The notes beneath the pieces are model-generated. The model was not told the origin of the DNA and did no database searches. It saw only the letters and a list, made by a program, of their open reading frames with translations. The position numbers and the translations under genes were made by a program. Positions 46,261 to 59,769 of a stretch of 64,000 bases of DNA are shown here, one piece after another. This DNA comes from Amphiscolops sp. MND2022 (Eukaryota). The first letter of the stretch is position 1. Each line of letters starts with the position of its first letter. Where the stretch lies: NCBI GenBank assembly GCA_964187785.1, contig OZ076409.1, forward strand, positions 8,310,001 through 8,374,000, in the 5' to 3' direction.

Positions 46261-47119
46261 ATATATTTGTTTAATATCTTTGTCAAGGTAATGTTACTAC
46301 AAGGGTGTTCAATACATGTATTGTATTCGAATATTATTATTGCCTGAAATGAATTATTCTATTTTCAGGGTGGGAAGATGAATAATTTCGTTATTTTTTT
46401 GCTAAAATGATTGTTTATTCTCAGCGAAAAACGGATATCATCAAAAACTTAAATTATGCTCTGAACATCACAAAGGGACCAATACTTTTTTGTTCGCCAT
46501 CAAAAAAATTTGCGACTCAAAATTCACTGGGCTGAGTTTTTGGCGGTGATCTCTCATGAATTTCAATATGGCTAACAATTCTCGAATTTAATTGGCTGGC
46601 GATATGTTAAATTAAACGCTTTTAGTTTTAGTCATCTCAAGAATAATTCTCTTCAATTCAACAGATCCAAAAATAAAAATTTATTTGAGTGTAAAAAGAA
46701 ATTATTCTATATTTCTTATATTTTTAACCAACAACTTATTGAACACGCCTGCTTTACTATATACTCACCGAAAAAAGTTCTTAATAAAAGTCAGCTGAAA
46801 AACAGGAAGCAAATGAAAAATTTTCTTCTGCAGGCAATTTTCTTCTGCATTGACACTTCTATCCTAAACTTGAAAAACTTTTCACAGAATTGAAATTCAA
46901 GCAGCAGTTTTTGCAGCTTTCGTCGAAAATCTCGGCACTGGTGACATGTATCAGAAAAAATTGCAACTTTTGGTCAGTTTTTGCCTCTGCAGAGAATTTG
47001 CACAAAAATAAAGTATATCCATTAGCCCTGTCTTAAAACACGGTGAGGAAAGTTTTTTTTATTTCCCCCTGCGATTTTTTTCTAAAATTTTCTTTGTAAA
47101 TCTAAAACTTGTAGGCTAG

Positions 47120-49272
47120 TGTCGCAGGCTGCCGCCTGCAATGGAACAATCATCACGACATCAGCAGACGGACAAAACATCGCACCAGGAATGCTTCCTA
47201 CATTTTATTGTTAAAACTGAAAATTAACCAATCACAGTGCAGTATAGCTAGTATTATTTTTCAGTAATACATTATTTGGCCGGTTATGGCCGCTTGCCTT
47301 AATCTAACTACTATGCTCGCACACGCTGGTCCAATGTCCGGTTCCGGCCTATTTAGCTTTCATCAAGTAGTATGTGCTATTTAATCAGTAGTGCTGTGTA
47401 TTTTCTTAGAAAGTACTTGAAGCTGTCTTAATACGTCAGATGCAATGATTAAAAGTGTTAGGAGAAGAATTGCTAATTGTTTTAATTATAGTTGCTATTG
47501 ATAAAAACCTGTACCAGAAACGTCATTTGAGCACGCGGCCTTGTCCAATCAAATTACTCCATTTGCTACGCAGTTAATACTTCCATTCATTAATGGCCGA
47601 ATAAGGCCTGTGGACATAACTTCGCTGCTTTTAATAAATATTCAGTCAAACGGCCGGTTCCGGCCATTTCACATAAAGTGCAATTGTGATGCTAATTGTT
47701 CCCACACTTAACCAGGATTCATGTGCTTGTACTCTTAGGCTAAATAACCCCTCTAGTGCAGTAATATCTAACTTTATCCCAAACTTAGCTCTTTCAAACG
47801 GTTAAGGCCGTTTTACCAGTATTTAATAATGATTACTTAGTACGGGGCAATTAGCCTATTCAGGCCAGATTGTGTAAAGTGCTGTACACATTTTTAATTG
47901 ATTGGCCGTATTGACACTTGACATTATATTAGATTGGTAATGCAGGACAAAAGGCAGATGGCCGGTTTAGGCCATTTTGCCTATTATCATTAGAGATGCT
48001 TTTAAGCATGAATGAGTTTGTTGTACAGTCATGTAAGAATATATTTATATACTTGAAGATGTTAATGAGCTTTTTAAATCCAATTAGTGCAATAATAACG
48101 ACCAGTAGTAGCAATCCCAATACCCGTCACCTGTCCTTTTCCGGCCTTCGCTATTGGCCAGCTTCCAAGTCCAATGGCCGTATCGGGCCATATTACTATA
48201 TTATGTTCATTTCTATTGCATGAAACTGTGTCTTTGTTTTGTTGATTCTACGCACGTGTGTTGGCACGTGACGCTAAATAGTTTACATTCCTCTCACTGT
48301 AAACAATTTGAAAGTATTAGTTTTGACGTTTGGTCAAAGTGTTGTTTGCCTTATATAATAAGGCTAAATTCCTCCGCTTCCCTTTGATGATAGTATTTGC
48401 AGTTAAAAATGCACTTGAGTGCATTCCATATTTTATGTAAACTTTAAATGATGTTGCTGCGAATGAATTAGGTATGAATGCCCTTTGACCCTAACGGGAC
48501 AAATTCCTAAAGGGTTTTGATGTAGTTGACGCCGCTAAAAACGAATGAATGTTAGTGGTCACCCGCCGTAGTCACGTGCCATTTATGAAATCTGTAAATA
48601 GATTGTTATGCAAGGAATTTGAGTGTCACCCTCTCAGGGGTATATATATTAGTATTTTTCCCGAGAGCGACACAATTGTATTTTGCTTCTCCAAGTTTAG
48701 TTTGACATACCTGTTTACGATATAATGTACAAAATCCTAATTTCCGAACAAGATAATTCACTATTTTCGCTCGGACTTTCTCCAATGCATATTCAAAGAA
48801 AGAGGAGAAAGCTTAGACAGGAATCTTGCTAGAAGGCCCGAAAGTGCCATTAGCAATAACTTTGGAAATGACGATGAAAAAATGTACTCAAGTCTACGAG
48901 TTGTCAGTACAGGGATAAATGCCGATTACGGCCAGAATTCAGTCGGTACTAATTCTAATGCTGAGATTAACAGATTGTTGAGCGAGTTGAACTCGATGAT
49001 ATCTAGAGAATTAGATGGGATGATGAGTAGTGTCAATACCCAGATCCAAAGGGCAATTAGTGATGCAATTGATAGTCAAATATTGCCTCAGATTCAAACT
49101 GCCCTATATTCCGGATCAGGCCATTTGACACAAAATAGATGGAACGTTCCGTCCGAGAGACCGGAAATTAATCCCGAAGAAAAGTGCTCTAAGAAAACTA
49201 GGAAAAACTCAAGAAGTGAGCAATTCCGTGATCGTCCAATTGACGGAACCACAAATGCTAGTGCTTACGACA
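47120..49272 (+). repeat. Element 2 5' LTR (2153 bp)
   Basis: TGTCGCAGG...CTTACGACA. It repeats 56551-58697 with scattered substitutions and small indels. Confidence 0.95.
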
Positions 49273-50405
49273 TGGTGACAGGAGAAAACAAATCTCCAAT
49301 CGATGTTCCTGAGTTTCTCACGGGTCGAATGCCATCAAGAAGTCATCTACACAGATCCCATGAGGACCTCAATCCCTTGCTCGACACGACGATCCCAGCA
49401 CAAGAAACGACCATTCCGGCTCTAGAACAAGACCCTTTCAACAGGCTAGCTGATGTCTTGACAAGCATGCAGAATCGTCCAACAGCCCAACAACTCACTA
49501 TCCGCCCAGTCAATTCAAACACAATGACCTTTGACGGCAAAAGTGAGAAATTCGAGCTGTTTGAAGATCTATTTCACACGATGATCAAGATGCAGCCTGA
49601 CATGTCCGAACAGATGAAAATCAATCATTTTCATTCGTTGTTGAGAAAAAACCCCTTTCAAACTTTCAGAAACTTTAGCACAGCTAACAGACAAACTCTA
49701 GAGGACGTATTACTCATATTCAGACGAAAATACGTCAAACCCGAGTCACAAGCAACAGCCAAACTTAAATGGCACCGTCTGGTAATCGATTCGAATACAA
49801 CAAAACTGCCAGATTTTCTTGAAGAGCTGAATCAGGGCGCAGAAAAGGCATTTGGAGACAATGCCCAAAAGATGGTTGACAGTTTCCTATACGCAAAACT
49901 GACACCAAAACCGAAGAGATCAGTGAAAATGGCCAGATTGGAAAATGGCTTTTATGACGAAATTGTCGCGCATCTAGAAAGAGCATTGGAGCTAAATGCC
50001 CTTGAAGAATCTGATGACCTACCAATGGCATCAATGACATCTTCAACCACCAAAGCAAACACTGTTCCTTCAAATGTGCAAATGAGTGACATTACGTGCA
50101 ACTATTGCAAAAAAAAGGGCCACATGCTCAAGGACTGTGAAAAATTGAAAAAAGAAAAAGAGAAAATTGCCCAACAAGGCAAATCGACCCAGAAAAAGGT
50201 TTACCCTAAATGTGGTACTTGTGACAAGACAAACCATCCCGAAGAGAGATGTTGGCAAGGGGCAGGCGCGCATCTCAAGCCCAAGCGCACCAGACCAGAG
50301 GACCAGTCGGACAACGATCCTGACTCCAAAGTCTCAAAACCCCATTACAAACCAGCATCATCCAGTTCCCAATCTTCATCAAGCAAGGATGATTCAAAAA
50401 ACTAG
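48882..50405 (+). CDS. gag: Gag (507 aa open; true start may be upstream and decayed), begins inside the LTR
   Basis: Highly similar to element 1 Gag: TFDGKSEKFELFEDLFHTMIKMQP, CNYCKKKGHMLKDC, CGTCDKTNHPEERC. Confidence 0.9.
   Translation: MYSSLRVVSTGINADYGQNSVGTNSNAEINRLLSELNSMISRELDGMMSSVNTQIQRAISDAIDSQILPQIQTALYSGSGHLTQNRWNVPSERPEINPEEKCSKKTRKNSRSEQFRDRPIDGTTNASAYDMVTGENKSPIDVPEFLTGRMPSRSHLHRSHEDLNPLLDTTIPAQETTIPALEQDPFNRLADVLTSMQNRPTAQQLTIRPVNSNTMTFDGKSEKFELFEDLFHTMIKMQPDMSEQMKINHFHSLLRKNPFQTFRNFSTANRQTLEDVLLIFRRKYVKPESQATAKLKWHRLVIDSNTTKLPDFLEELNQGAEKAFGDNAQKMVDSFLYAKLTPKPKRSVKMARLENGFYDEIVAHLERALELNALEESDDLPMASMTSSTTKANTVPSNVQMSDITCNYCKKKGHMLKDCEKLKKEKEKIAQQGKSTQKKVYPKCGTCDKTNHPEERCWQGAGAHLKPKRTRPEDQSDNDPDSKVSKPHYKPASSSSQSSSSKDDSKN
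49273..49284 (+). promoter_or_regulatory. Primer-binding site TGGTGACAGGAG
   Basis: Directly after the 5' LTR; identical to the element 1 PBS. Confidence 0.8.
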
Positions 50406-53400
50406 CTTCGCCACGACTCCAATATAACCACCTAGTCTCTGTCCAACAGTACATCAAATCGGACCCTCCAACTAACAACTTTCATGATTACGAACAACAA
50501 TTGATGGGCTATCCTCCTGTTGTCTGGCAGCAGCAGATGGTAAAAGCTATCATTATTACATACAATGGTACCCATTTGTTCCAGAAACCAATTCCTGTTT
50601 GGGATCCTGATTACACCACTACATTCACTGCCCGATTCAGGCCCATTCCCTTTGTAGACGACTACAATCCGACATATATCGACCAAGATTATGGAAGAGA
50701 TCCCTATTGGGACATAGAACTCCACAAACAGGACCTATTGCAATTTCAATACGTCCTAGGCGACATCGACCACTACAACAAGACAGTCCACGAGAACCCT
50801 CCAATTACCCATAACAAGAAAACCTGAGCGCTAAATGAAAATTGGCAAATGAATGATAGTACAAACCAACCGGTGTTCCCAAACCCCTTGGGAACCGAGA
50901 ATACCGAAAATCGTGCCGAATCAATACCACAATCGCTACTAGACGAGAAACCGTTCCCGATTGTACTCATTACCAAAAATGATGAACCAGACTGTACACC
51001 CCTGTCAACCAACCTTAACCTTAAATGCAAAAAACGCATGTTGTGTTTCCCAATGGACTTTGGGGAATTGACCATAGATGGACTAATCGTCACTGGGGCG
51101 TTATCCAGTGCAATCCCAGAAATGGACCTCCGGAAAATCCGACTTCTATCTCCACAATCTGTTATCCGGGAAGGTGAGCCTCCAAATTTCCAAATCATGG
51201 TCGCAAACGGGCAACTAGAGACTCCCAAGAGTACGATAGAGCTCAAATTCGAAGTTGGTGACATTGAGTTCCATGAAATGTTCATAGTAATGGAACATTT
51301 GACAGGACCGAGTATTGGACTGATGTTCTTTCAGAGAAATCATACAGTTCTGGACATGAGACAAGGAATCCTGAATTTCCCGTCCTTTTTGATGCAGCTT
51401 AAAACAGCTGACCACAAATACTGAAATGAATTAGAACCAATCCTCAATCCTACCGAGATAACCATTTTGCCAAACGACTGAGTCCTAATTAGGACCAATT
51501 ACCTACTTTATCCTGAGAATGCTGTCACTGGGAGTTTGCAATCGAGCGACCTTCCCATGAAGAAGGCGACATCACATTCAGCACAGCTTTGGTCATTCTG
51601 AATGATGGCAATATATTAATACCCGTGAACAATTTCACAGACCACCCTTACAAACTTAAAAAAGGACTCCATTTTGCCAATTTTTCTGTCATGACGCCAG
51701 AACAGATGAAGTATGTCAAACCGGTAGACCCAGCATCAACCTGGCATCTTTTGCAAAATGACCAAGAGCAGGCGGCCCACTACGTCAGCAGTCTCATCAA
51801 AACTAACAAAAATCCGCAAAACTCAGAAAACTACTGGTTCCCAACTCCAGAGAACCCAGGCAACCCTGAGGAACACACGCCAATACAAAAGAGGATCTTA
51901 CGAGTGTTACAGGCCTTACAGGACCTGGAGACACTTGATTCCACAAAAGATGCAGAATCTCTGGCAAAGTTCCTAGAAAACTTCGGTTGGAAAGACTCCA
52001 CTCTGACTCCTGAAGAAAAAGAGAAAATCGAAGAATTGTTAGCGGAGTTCCACGACATTTTTGCAAGACACAGATTTCGTATAGGCATGAACGAGGACTT
52101 CAAGGTGAAATTGACAACCAAGGACGATTCCCCAGCCTATAGCCAGAGCCTCCCCACACCAATAAACTTAAAGGGGACATCTTAGTCGAACTAGCCACGC
52201 TCCATAAATATGGAATCATCACGACTCTGCAATTTTCGAAATACGCCAGCCCAATATTTGCGCAAAAGAAACCAAATGGGAACTGTGACTCTTGGTTGAC
52301 TTGGGAAAAATCAACAACCTAATTTCCGATGATTATATAAATAATAATCACCCAGTCAGTACACTAGTCGATGCCGCCCAGCACATGGCGGGCAAGAAAC
52401 TCTTTTGCAAATTGGACTGTTCACAGGCGTATCATTGCCTCCAGATGGCTGACCACCGATCTATTGAAATGTTAGCCTTTACGTTCGCTAGCCGCACATT
52501 TTCCTACAGACGTTTGGCACAAGGTCTTAGTCGGGCATTGTCCGCACTTTCCAGTTTCATGAGAGAATATTTTGACAAAGTCATTAAAGCGGATCAGTGT
52601 GCCCAGTATGTGGACGATATTGGCATCGCAGCCAATGATGCTGACCACCTCATCGGTAACCTGAGAGCAACATTCAAATGCATTCAGGAAGCAGGCCTTA
52701 AATTGACAATGCACAAATGTCATCTCGGTGCCACGGAGATTGATTTCCTCGAAGGAATGGTTTCCCCACAAGGCGTCAAACCCCAAAGGCAGAGTGTTCA
52801 GAATTTCCTCGAAAAACCCAAATTTCCAAAGTCGAAAATGGATTTGCAGAGATATTTGGACTTCCTGAACTACCACCGAAATTATGTCCCAAGACTCTCA
52901 GAACGCCTTGCTCCATCCTACAAGATGCTCAAAAGTGACGAAAAGGTCCAAGTCTTGAAAGAATTGGTCCAACAATTTGAAGAAATAAACAGAGCTCTAG
53001 ACAAATGCTGCGACTTGGCCTTGCAACAACCGATCCCGAACAAGCAAATTGCATTGATGACAGATGCTAGTTTTGGAGCTGCCGGATACGCAGTTTTAAT
53101 CGAAGACGATCCAAGCCAAAAATTTACATCAATCCGCAAATTTTATCCATCGGTCACTTACGGTTCAAAAACCTTCACCCCAGCCCAGATAAAGATGTCC
53201 ATATACGCAAAAAAATTTCTTGCAATTTACTTCGCATTCAAAGAATTTTGGCATATTTTCTGGGGTGCACCGAAACCGGTCATTATACTCACTGACAACA
53301 AAGCTGTAACCAGATTTTTCCAGACAAAAATCGTACCCTCAGCCCTGTAGAATGCTTGTGACTATGCCATTCAGTTCAATTTTGTCATACCGCACATCCC

Positions 53401-54136
53401 AGGAGCACAGAATACGGCCGCAGATTATCTGTCACGATTGGAAGCTGACCCGAAGGACAAATTTGTCATGAAAATCCGTGAAGATGTACAAACCTTACCG
53501 ATTGAGACAAACGTCCAATCAGCAGGAGTCCCACAGGAAGAACAGATCTTCTACACGAATGATGACGATGAGACAGAAGAGCAAAACTTGGCGAGGAAAG
53601 AAGCAATCATTAAAAATCCCGCCATAGAAGAACCTGCTGTCACAATACAAACTATCTCTACAATTTTGGTTAAACAACAACCTGAGATACAACTCCGAGT
53701 ACGGCAGAAGCGAACGCAGATGATGCAAGCGAGAATGAAACGGATGATGTAATCACGACTGACTGTCCGAATGACGTCAATGATGCAGTGCAGAGCCGAG
53801 ATAAAAGAATGAAAAGTGACGTCAGCAATACAAATGAAGCTAGTGAAGCTGCTAGAAATGAAAACTCTGATTGGCCGGATTCGGTCGTTTACCACAAAAA
53901 TCAAGAAAAATCTTTGCCGGGTCTGTCCGAAAGACAGGAAAACGAAGCAATTTTTTCAGGAAAAAAATTCTACTAATGAAACCGATGCACAAAGGTCTCC
54001 AAAAAGGGGGGATGATATTATCGTGCCCGAAAAATCGCAAAATGATGAAGGAAATGATAATCTGAGTCCTAGAGGTGGACGATATAATCTCAGGCCCAAC
54101 CCTAATCCAAACTACTCAGAAGATCTCAGATACTAA
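50396..54136 (+). pseudogene. pol: pol pseudogene: stops, frameshifts, protease D mutated, integrase deleted
   Basis: AAAAAAC heptamer at 50396-50402. Fragments 50501-50827, 50849-51424 (LIVTGA), 51589-52185, 52292-53350 (YVDD, TDAS) and 53438-53700, then a jump at ~53704 to the C-terminal tail (GGRYNLRPNP). Confidence 0.93.
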
Positions 54137-54396
54137 GGAAAAGATTGAATTGCGTCCCGAAACGAACGCTGCTCTCTTTTTCCTTTTCATTTTGCCGACG
54201 TGGAAGACCCGGAAGACACTGTTTTCTGAATAAATATGGGGACTTTCTTTCGGCAACAATCCCTTTCAAGATAATACAGGGATTAAGAAATCAACACTAG
54301 ATGACAATGAAAAAATACAAGACAACATCAAAGAAATCGAAATAAAGAAACCAACAGAATATACAGTTTGATGAGTACATAAATACATATGTACAT

Positions 54397-54765
54397 TTAG
54401 TTCTTAGATCTGAGCACTGCCGTTTCCTCCACTAGTGAAGAAGAAGCCGAGCCAACTCCACTACTACCGGACCGTTTCCTTTTGAATCCACTTGAAATTT
54501 CAACTGCTGATTTTCCGACTACACCAGAAGACTCTGATGTTTCAACTCGTACAGCACCCACTTTTGGTCCGGCCTTGACGATATTATATGACAACGACAA
54601 AGACTTGTAGGTCAGAGACCGACTGAAAACGTCAAGATGTGTCCACGTGTCAAAGTCGGGCGCAAAAGCAGATTGACCGTAATCAGCAGATAGAACAGAG
54701 AACATGGGCAAGATTGGCAGTAGAACCAGGATCTGGTGTTTGATCATTCTCGGAACGATATTTAT
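54397..54765 (-). pseudogene. Remnant of the antisense gene (5' start fused to C-terminal end by deletion)
   Basis: DTWTHLDVFSRSLTYKSLSLSY aligns to DPWSHVDSFGKANLHKTLIAVY of element 1. It has the same position and orientation and is preceded by a TTTTGTTTAG acceptor. Confidence 0.75.
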
Positions 54766-55841
54766 CTAAACAAAAGGGAATGAAATTTGGCGGTGAGCTT
54801 CCTTCAAAGAAATCCATTTTGCCGCATTAGAAGCCTTCTTGAAGCATTTTGAAAATTTGAATGAAACGTGTTATCACGCGTTAAGTGATGGAAATAGGAA
54901 GCACTTTGTGAACAAAATTTAGCCCTGATCAAGTTAAATTAGTTCAAAATAAAAATCCAGACCAACCTTTGTTCGAAGACATTCTGCTGTGATGAGATTG
55001 CCTCCTGGGATTCAGTCCTTATCCGGTTGACAAAATTGGGGAAATTGGCAGAGTTGGGCTGAAGAAGTGAAAGAAGATTCGGAATGCTCCGAGGAGGAAG
55101 GAATCAGCAACAACAGTTGAAGACAGGCAACCAATGTAAAGAAGGTTACAGAAGAAGTCGAATGCAATGAATACAAATGGTAAAAGGAATTGAATCATGT
55201 AACTGTCAAAAAACATGAAAGTTGGAGTTCGTGGCTGAAGAAACTACCAGACTAATACTTTATGGCTATATACGAATTTAAAACTGGGCATGGAGTCTGC
55301 CAGCGAAATGTAAAAAAGATTGCTCATTATTTACAAACTAGTTAGTTAGAAGCCGATTATCGCCATTTACCTTGTTCCGTTTTGCCGTTTTGTTCCGTTG
55401 CCCTTATTACCATTTAGTTAGAATTTCTGCATTCTGGATTATTTTAGTTAATATTTTTGCCATTTTGCTATCCAATTTCCATAATACCGAAAGTCAAATT
55501 CGATTGGCTAAAGCCATTTTGAGAGAAACTTTTGGCGCGTGCCGTTAATTGCCTCCAAGCGACTCGTTAGTTACTCACTTGAGACGTGTGTATTTGATAT
55601 GAACAACTTGAGCGTTGTTCACACCTCTTCTGATGACGGAGGCCGCAGACCATTGATGGAATTCCATTCAGAAAAGTTTACGCGGACTTCGGAAGATTAA
55701 TCGAACTTTTGACCGCCGAGGTGAGAATCACGGAAATCGACCTGACTTGGCTTGAAGTAAAAGCATCAACAAAATCATTTCTCTCAGAAATTCAACACTG
55801 AATAGTTGCCCTTTCTAGCTCAAAACTGCGACAAACTCATA

Positions 55842-56645
55842 ATGGAAAAGAATATAGCAAGGAGACTCTTCGAAGAGAATGACTTCGACTCTGAAACTAC
55901 GAGTGATTCTGTGATCTACATCTCCACTGACGAGAGCGAAGGGATGTCAGAAGAATGGGACTCGGACTGGTCAACTAACACCTAGGACATGATCAAGAGG
56001 ATCGAGACAGAGGTGGTATCCAGCCCAAAGCTGATAGCTGGGAGAATAATGACTTCTAACAGTCATGAGGACTTGATTATGATCCCAGGGCCCAGCTCTA
56101 GTAGGACAGATGTGGAATCGACCCCTAAACTGGGTAAGCAGTATTTTGATAAAACTCTTTGTTACGCCCCCGCCAAAGAATATGCCAAGAAGAGGATCGA
56201 ACTCTGTAAGACGGTCATACCTGTGGATGACTCGCCCATGTCGCCACCCGCCCATGAGAGAGGGCCTGTGTTGGAAACGATGTTGGCCCCGTTGCCACAA
56301 CCGGCTAATTCTGGGTTCCGTGTTTCATACCATGTGCAAGACACGGTGCCTTACGAGAACGTCAGCAAGAAGATGTACAGAAGCTGCATCGTTTGTGGGA
56401 GATCAGCTGACGCTATCAAGAGGGAGAAGGCAGATGACTATATAAGGAGATCAACACCAAGAGGTGAGCCGGCCTACGTCACAGCAATGAGGAAGGAAGC
56501 TTATTTGAATGGACTGAATGCAGGGTTGTTTTTATTTATTCCACCCGCAGTGTCGCAGGCTGCCTCCTGCAATGGAACAATCATCACGACATCAGCAGAC
56601 GGACAAAACATCGCACCAGGAACGCTTCCTACATTTTATTGTTAA
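55842..56645 (+). pseudogene. ORF3 homologue with one in-frame stop (TAG at 55983); ends inside the 3' LTR
   Basis: MEKNIARRLFEENDFDSETTSDSVIYISTDESEG...* then the 55989-56645 ORF in the same frame, with motifs shared with 30025-31068. Confidence 0.8.
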
Positions 56646-58697
56646 AACTGAAAATTAACCAATCACAGTGCAGTATAGCTAGTATTATTTCTCAGTAATA
56701 CATTATTTGGCCGGTTATGGCCGCTTGCCTTAATCTAACTACTATGCTCGCACACGCTGGTCCAATGGCCGGTTCCGGCCTATTTAGCTTTCATCAAGTA
56801 GTATGTGCTATTTATTCAGTAGTGCTGTGTATTTTCTTAGAAAGTACTTGAAGCTGTCTTAATACGTCAGATGATTAAAAGTGTTAGGAGAAGAATTGCT
56901 AATTGTTTTAATTATAGTTGCTATTGATAAAATCCTGTACCAGAAACGTCACTTGAGCACGCGGCCTTGTCCAATCAAATTACTCCATTTGCTACGCAGT
57001 TAATACTTCCATTCATTAATGGACGAATAAGGCCTGTGGACATAATTTCGCTGCTTTTATTAAATATTCAGTCAAACGACCGGTTCCGGCCATTTCACAT
57101 AAAGCGCAATTGTGATGCTAATTGTTCTCACACTTAACCAGGATTCATATGCTTGTACTCTTAGGCTAAATAACCCCTCTAGTCCAGTATTATCTAACTT
57201 TATCCCAAACTTAGCTCTTTCAAACGGTTAAGGCCGTTTTACCAGTATTTAATAATGATTACTTAGTACGGGGCAATTAGCCTATTCAGGCCAGATTGTG
57301 TAAAGTGCTGTACACATTTTTAATTGATTGGCCGTATTGACACTTGACATTATATTAGATTGGTAATGCAGGACAAAAGGCAGATGGCCGGTTTAGGCCA
57401 TTTTGCCTATTATCATTAGAGATGCTTTTAAGCATGAATGAGTTTGTTGTACAGTCATGTAAGAATATATTTATATACTTGAAGATGTTAATGAGCTTTT
57501 AAAATCCAATTAGTGCAATAATACCGACCAGTAGTAGCAATCCCAATACCCGTCACCTGTCCTATTCCGGCCTTCGCTATTGGCCAGCTTCCAAGTCCAA
57601 TGGCCGTATCGGGCCATATTACTATATTATGTTCATTTCTATTGCATGAAACTGTGTCTTTGTTTTGTTGATTCTCCGCACGTGTGTTGGCACGTGCCGC
57701 TAAATAATTTACATTCCTCTCACTGTAAACAATTTGGAAGTATTAGTTGTGATGTTTGGTCAAAGTGTTGTTTACCTAATATAATAGGCTAAATTCCTCC
57801 GCTTCCCTTTGATGATAGTATTTGCAGTTAGAAAATGCATTTGAGTGCATTCCATATTTTATGTAAACTTTAAATGATGTTGCTGCGAATGAATTATGTA
57901 TGAATGCCTCTTGGCCCTAACGGGACAAATTCCTAAAGGGCTTTGATGTAGTTGACGCCGCTAAAAATGAATGAATGTTAGTGGTCACCCGCCGTAGTCA
58001 CGTGCCCGTTATGGAATCTGTAAATAGATTGTTATGCAAGGAATTTGAGTGTCACCCTCTCAGGGGTATATATATTAGTATTTTTCCCGAGAGGGACACA
58101 AATGTATTTTGCTTCTCCAAGTTTAGTTTGACATACCTGTTTACGATACAATGTACAAAATCTTAATTTCCGAACAAGATATTTCACTATTTTCGCTCGG
58201 ACTTTCTTCAATGCATATTCAAAGAAAGAGGAGAAAGCTTAGACAGGAATCTTGCTAGAAGGCCCAAAAGTGCCATTAGCAATAACTTTGGAAATGACGA
58301 TGAAAACATGTACTCAAGTCTACGAGTTGTCAGTACAGGGATAAATGCCGATTACGGCCAGAATTCAGTCGGTACTAATTCTAATGGTGAGATTAACAGA
58401 TTGTTGAGCGAGTTGAACTCGATGATATCTAGAGAATTAGATGGGATGATGAGTAGTGTCAATACCCAGATCCAAAGGGCAATTAGTGATGCAATTGATA
58501 GTCAAATGTTGCCTCAGATTCAAACTGCCCTATATTCCGGATCAGGCCATTTGACACAAAATAGATGGAACGTTCCGTCCGAGAGACCGGAAATTAATCC
58601 CGAAGAAAACTGCTAAAGAAAACTAGGAAAAACTCAAGAAGTGAGCAATTCCGTGATCGTCCAATTGACGGAACCACAAATGCTAGTGCTTACGACA
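56551..58697 (+). repeat. Element 2 3' LTR (2147 bp), includes truncated gag copy 58308-58616
   Basis: Repeat of 47120-49272. Confidence 0.95.
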
Positions 58698-59239
58698 GCT
58701 AGATTCAGAGCTTCCAGAAAAACACTCCTCAACTGGCATTCTTTGATATATCAACAATACAATATAAGTCACCAAAATATCGCAATTTCGTCGAAATTGG
58801 TCAAATACGAAGTTTCCAAAACTTCACGAAATCCACAGTGAAAAAAGTGTTCAAGTACTTTTGGTAACTCGTTTGAAATTTAAGCAATGTACGTATCCGC
58901 AGTTTGTCAAAATTCAATTATTGTGAAACGTATTGAAGCAGTTGGACTTATTCAGCCAGAGAGAAAACTTTTGTCGTTAAGTGGTCAACAAGACGAACAT
59001 ATTAAAGTATTTTCAAATTTTAAAATTTATATCATGCCCAAGTTTTCGGCAAATACGCGTTTGGGAAAACGTCTGAAAATGTCAACAGATCTATCAAAAT
59101 TTCCATGCAAACATGCATATAACGTGCCAAAGGGCTTAGAAAAAGTATATCTTTGCCTTGGTCATCGAAAAGTCCAATAGAACTCGAAGAAAGCTTCAAT
59201 GAATCGTGTATAACGCATTTTGAACGTTCTATGTAGTAC

Positions 59240-59476
59240 ACAAGACGCCCGCTAAGCACCGGAACATTTTCCGCTAAAAATGTAACGCATCAGCGCGGGT
59301 ACGAACCCACGACCTCGTGTCTGCCAGGCAGACGCACTACCCACATGGTGACTAGGTTTTACTAAGTAACTAGAATAGTCAAGTAACTAAAATAGTCAAG
59401 TGGGAGGAACTGGAAGGAGATTTGGCAGAACTTGGAAAAAAACGCCACACAGATCATGATTTTCCTCCCCCATTTA
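59240..59476 (+). repeat. Repeat family B copy
   Basis: ACAAGACGCCCGCTAAGCACCGGAACATTTTCCGC ... CAGATCATGATTTTCCTCCCCCATTT. Confidence 0.75.
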
Positions 59477-59769
59477 TCATTTTATAAGAAAAACTTATCA
59501 TTGGAAAACCGAAAACCTGATCTGGAGGTAAGGGCCAATGAGCGTGGTACGGTCAATCCGAGGAATAAGACTTTTTCTGACAATTCTTTTGCTATTCTGT
59601 GCATCCACCCGATTGCAAGCGGTGCCGTTTTCTGGTTCCTTGGAAAATTGAAAAAAAATTCAGCCTCATACCATGGTTGGCGAGAGCGTTGAATCCAGTA
59701 ATCTGAAATACAATTTACATAAAAGAAAGCTTCCGCACAGCATAGGTCTATCAAGCAGAAAGCTTACGT

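Larger units (their letters stand above)
47120..58697 (+). mobile_element. Element 2: decayed, internally deleted relative of element 1 (11.6 kb)
   Basis: TG...CA LTRs of ~2150 bp, TSD GCTAG (47115-47119 / 58698-58702), the same PBS, the same frameshift site and the same gene order. Confidence 0.96.
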
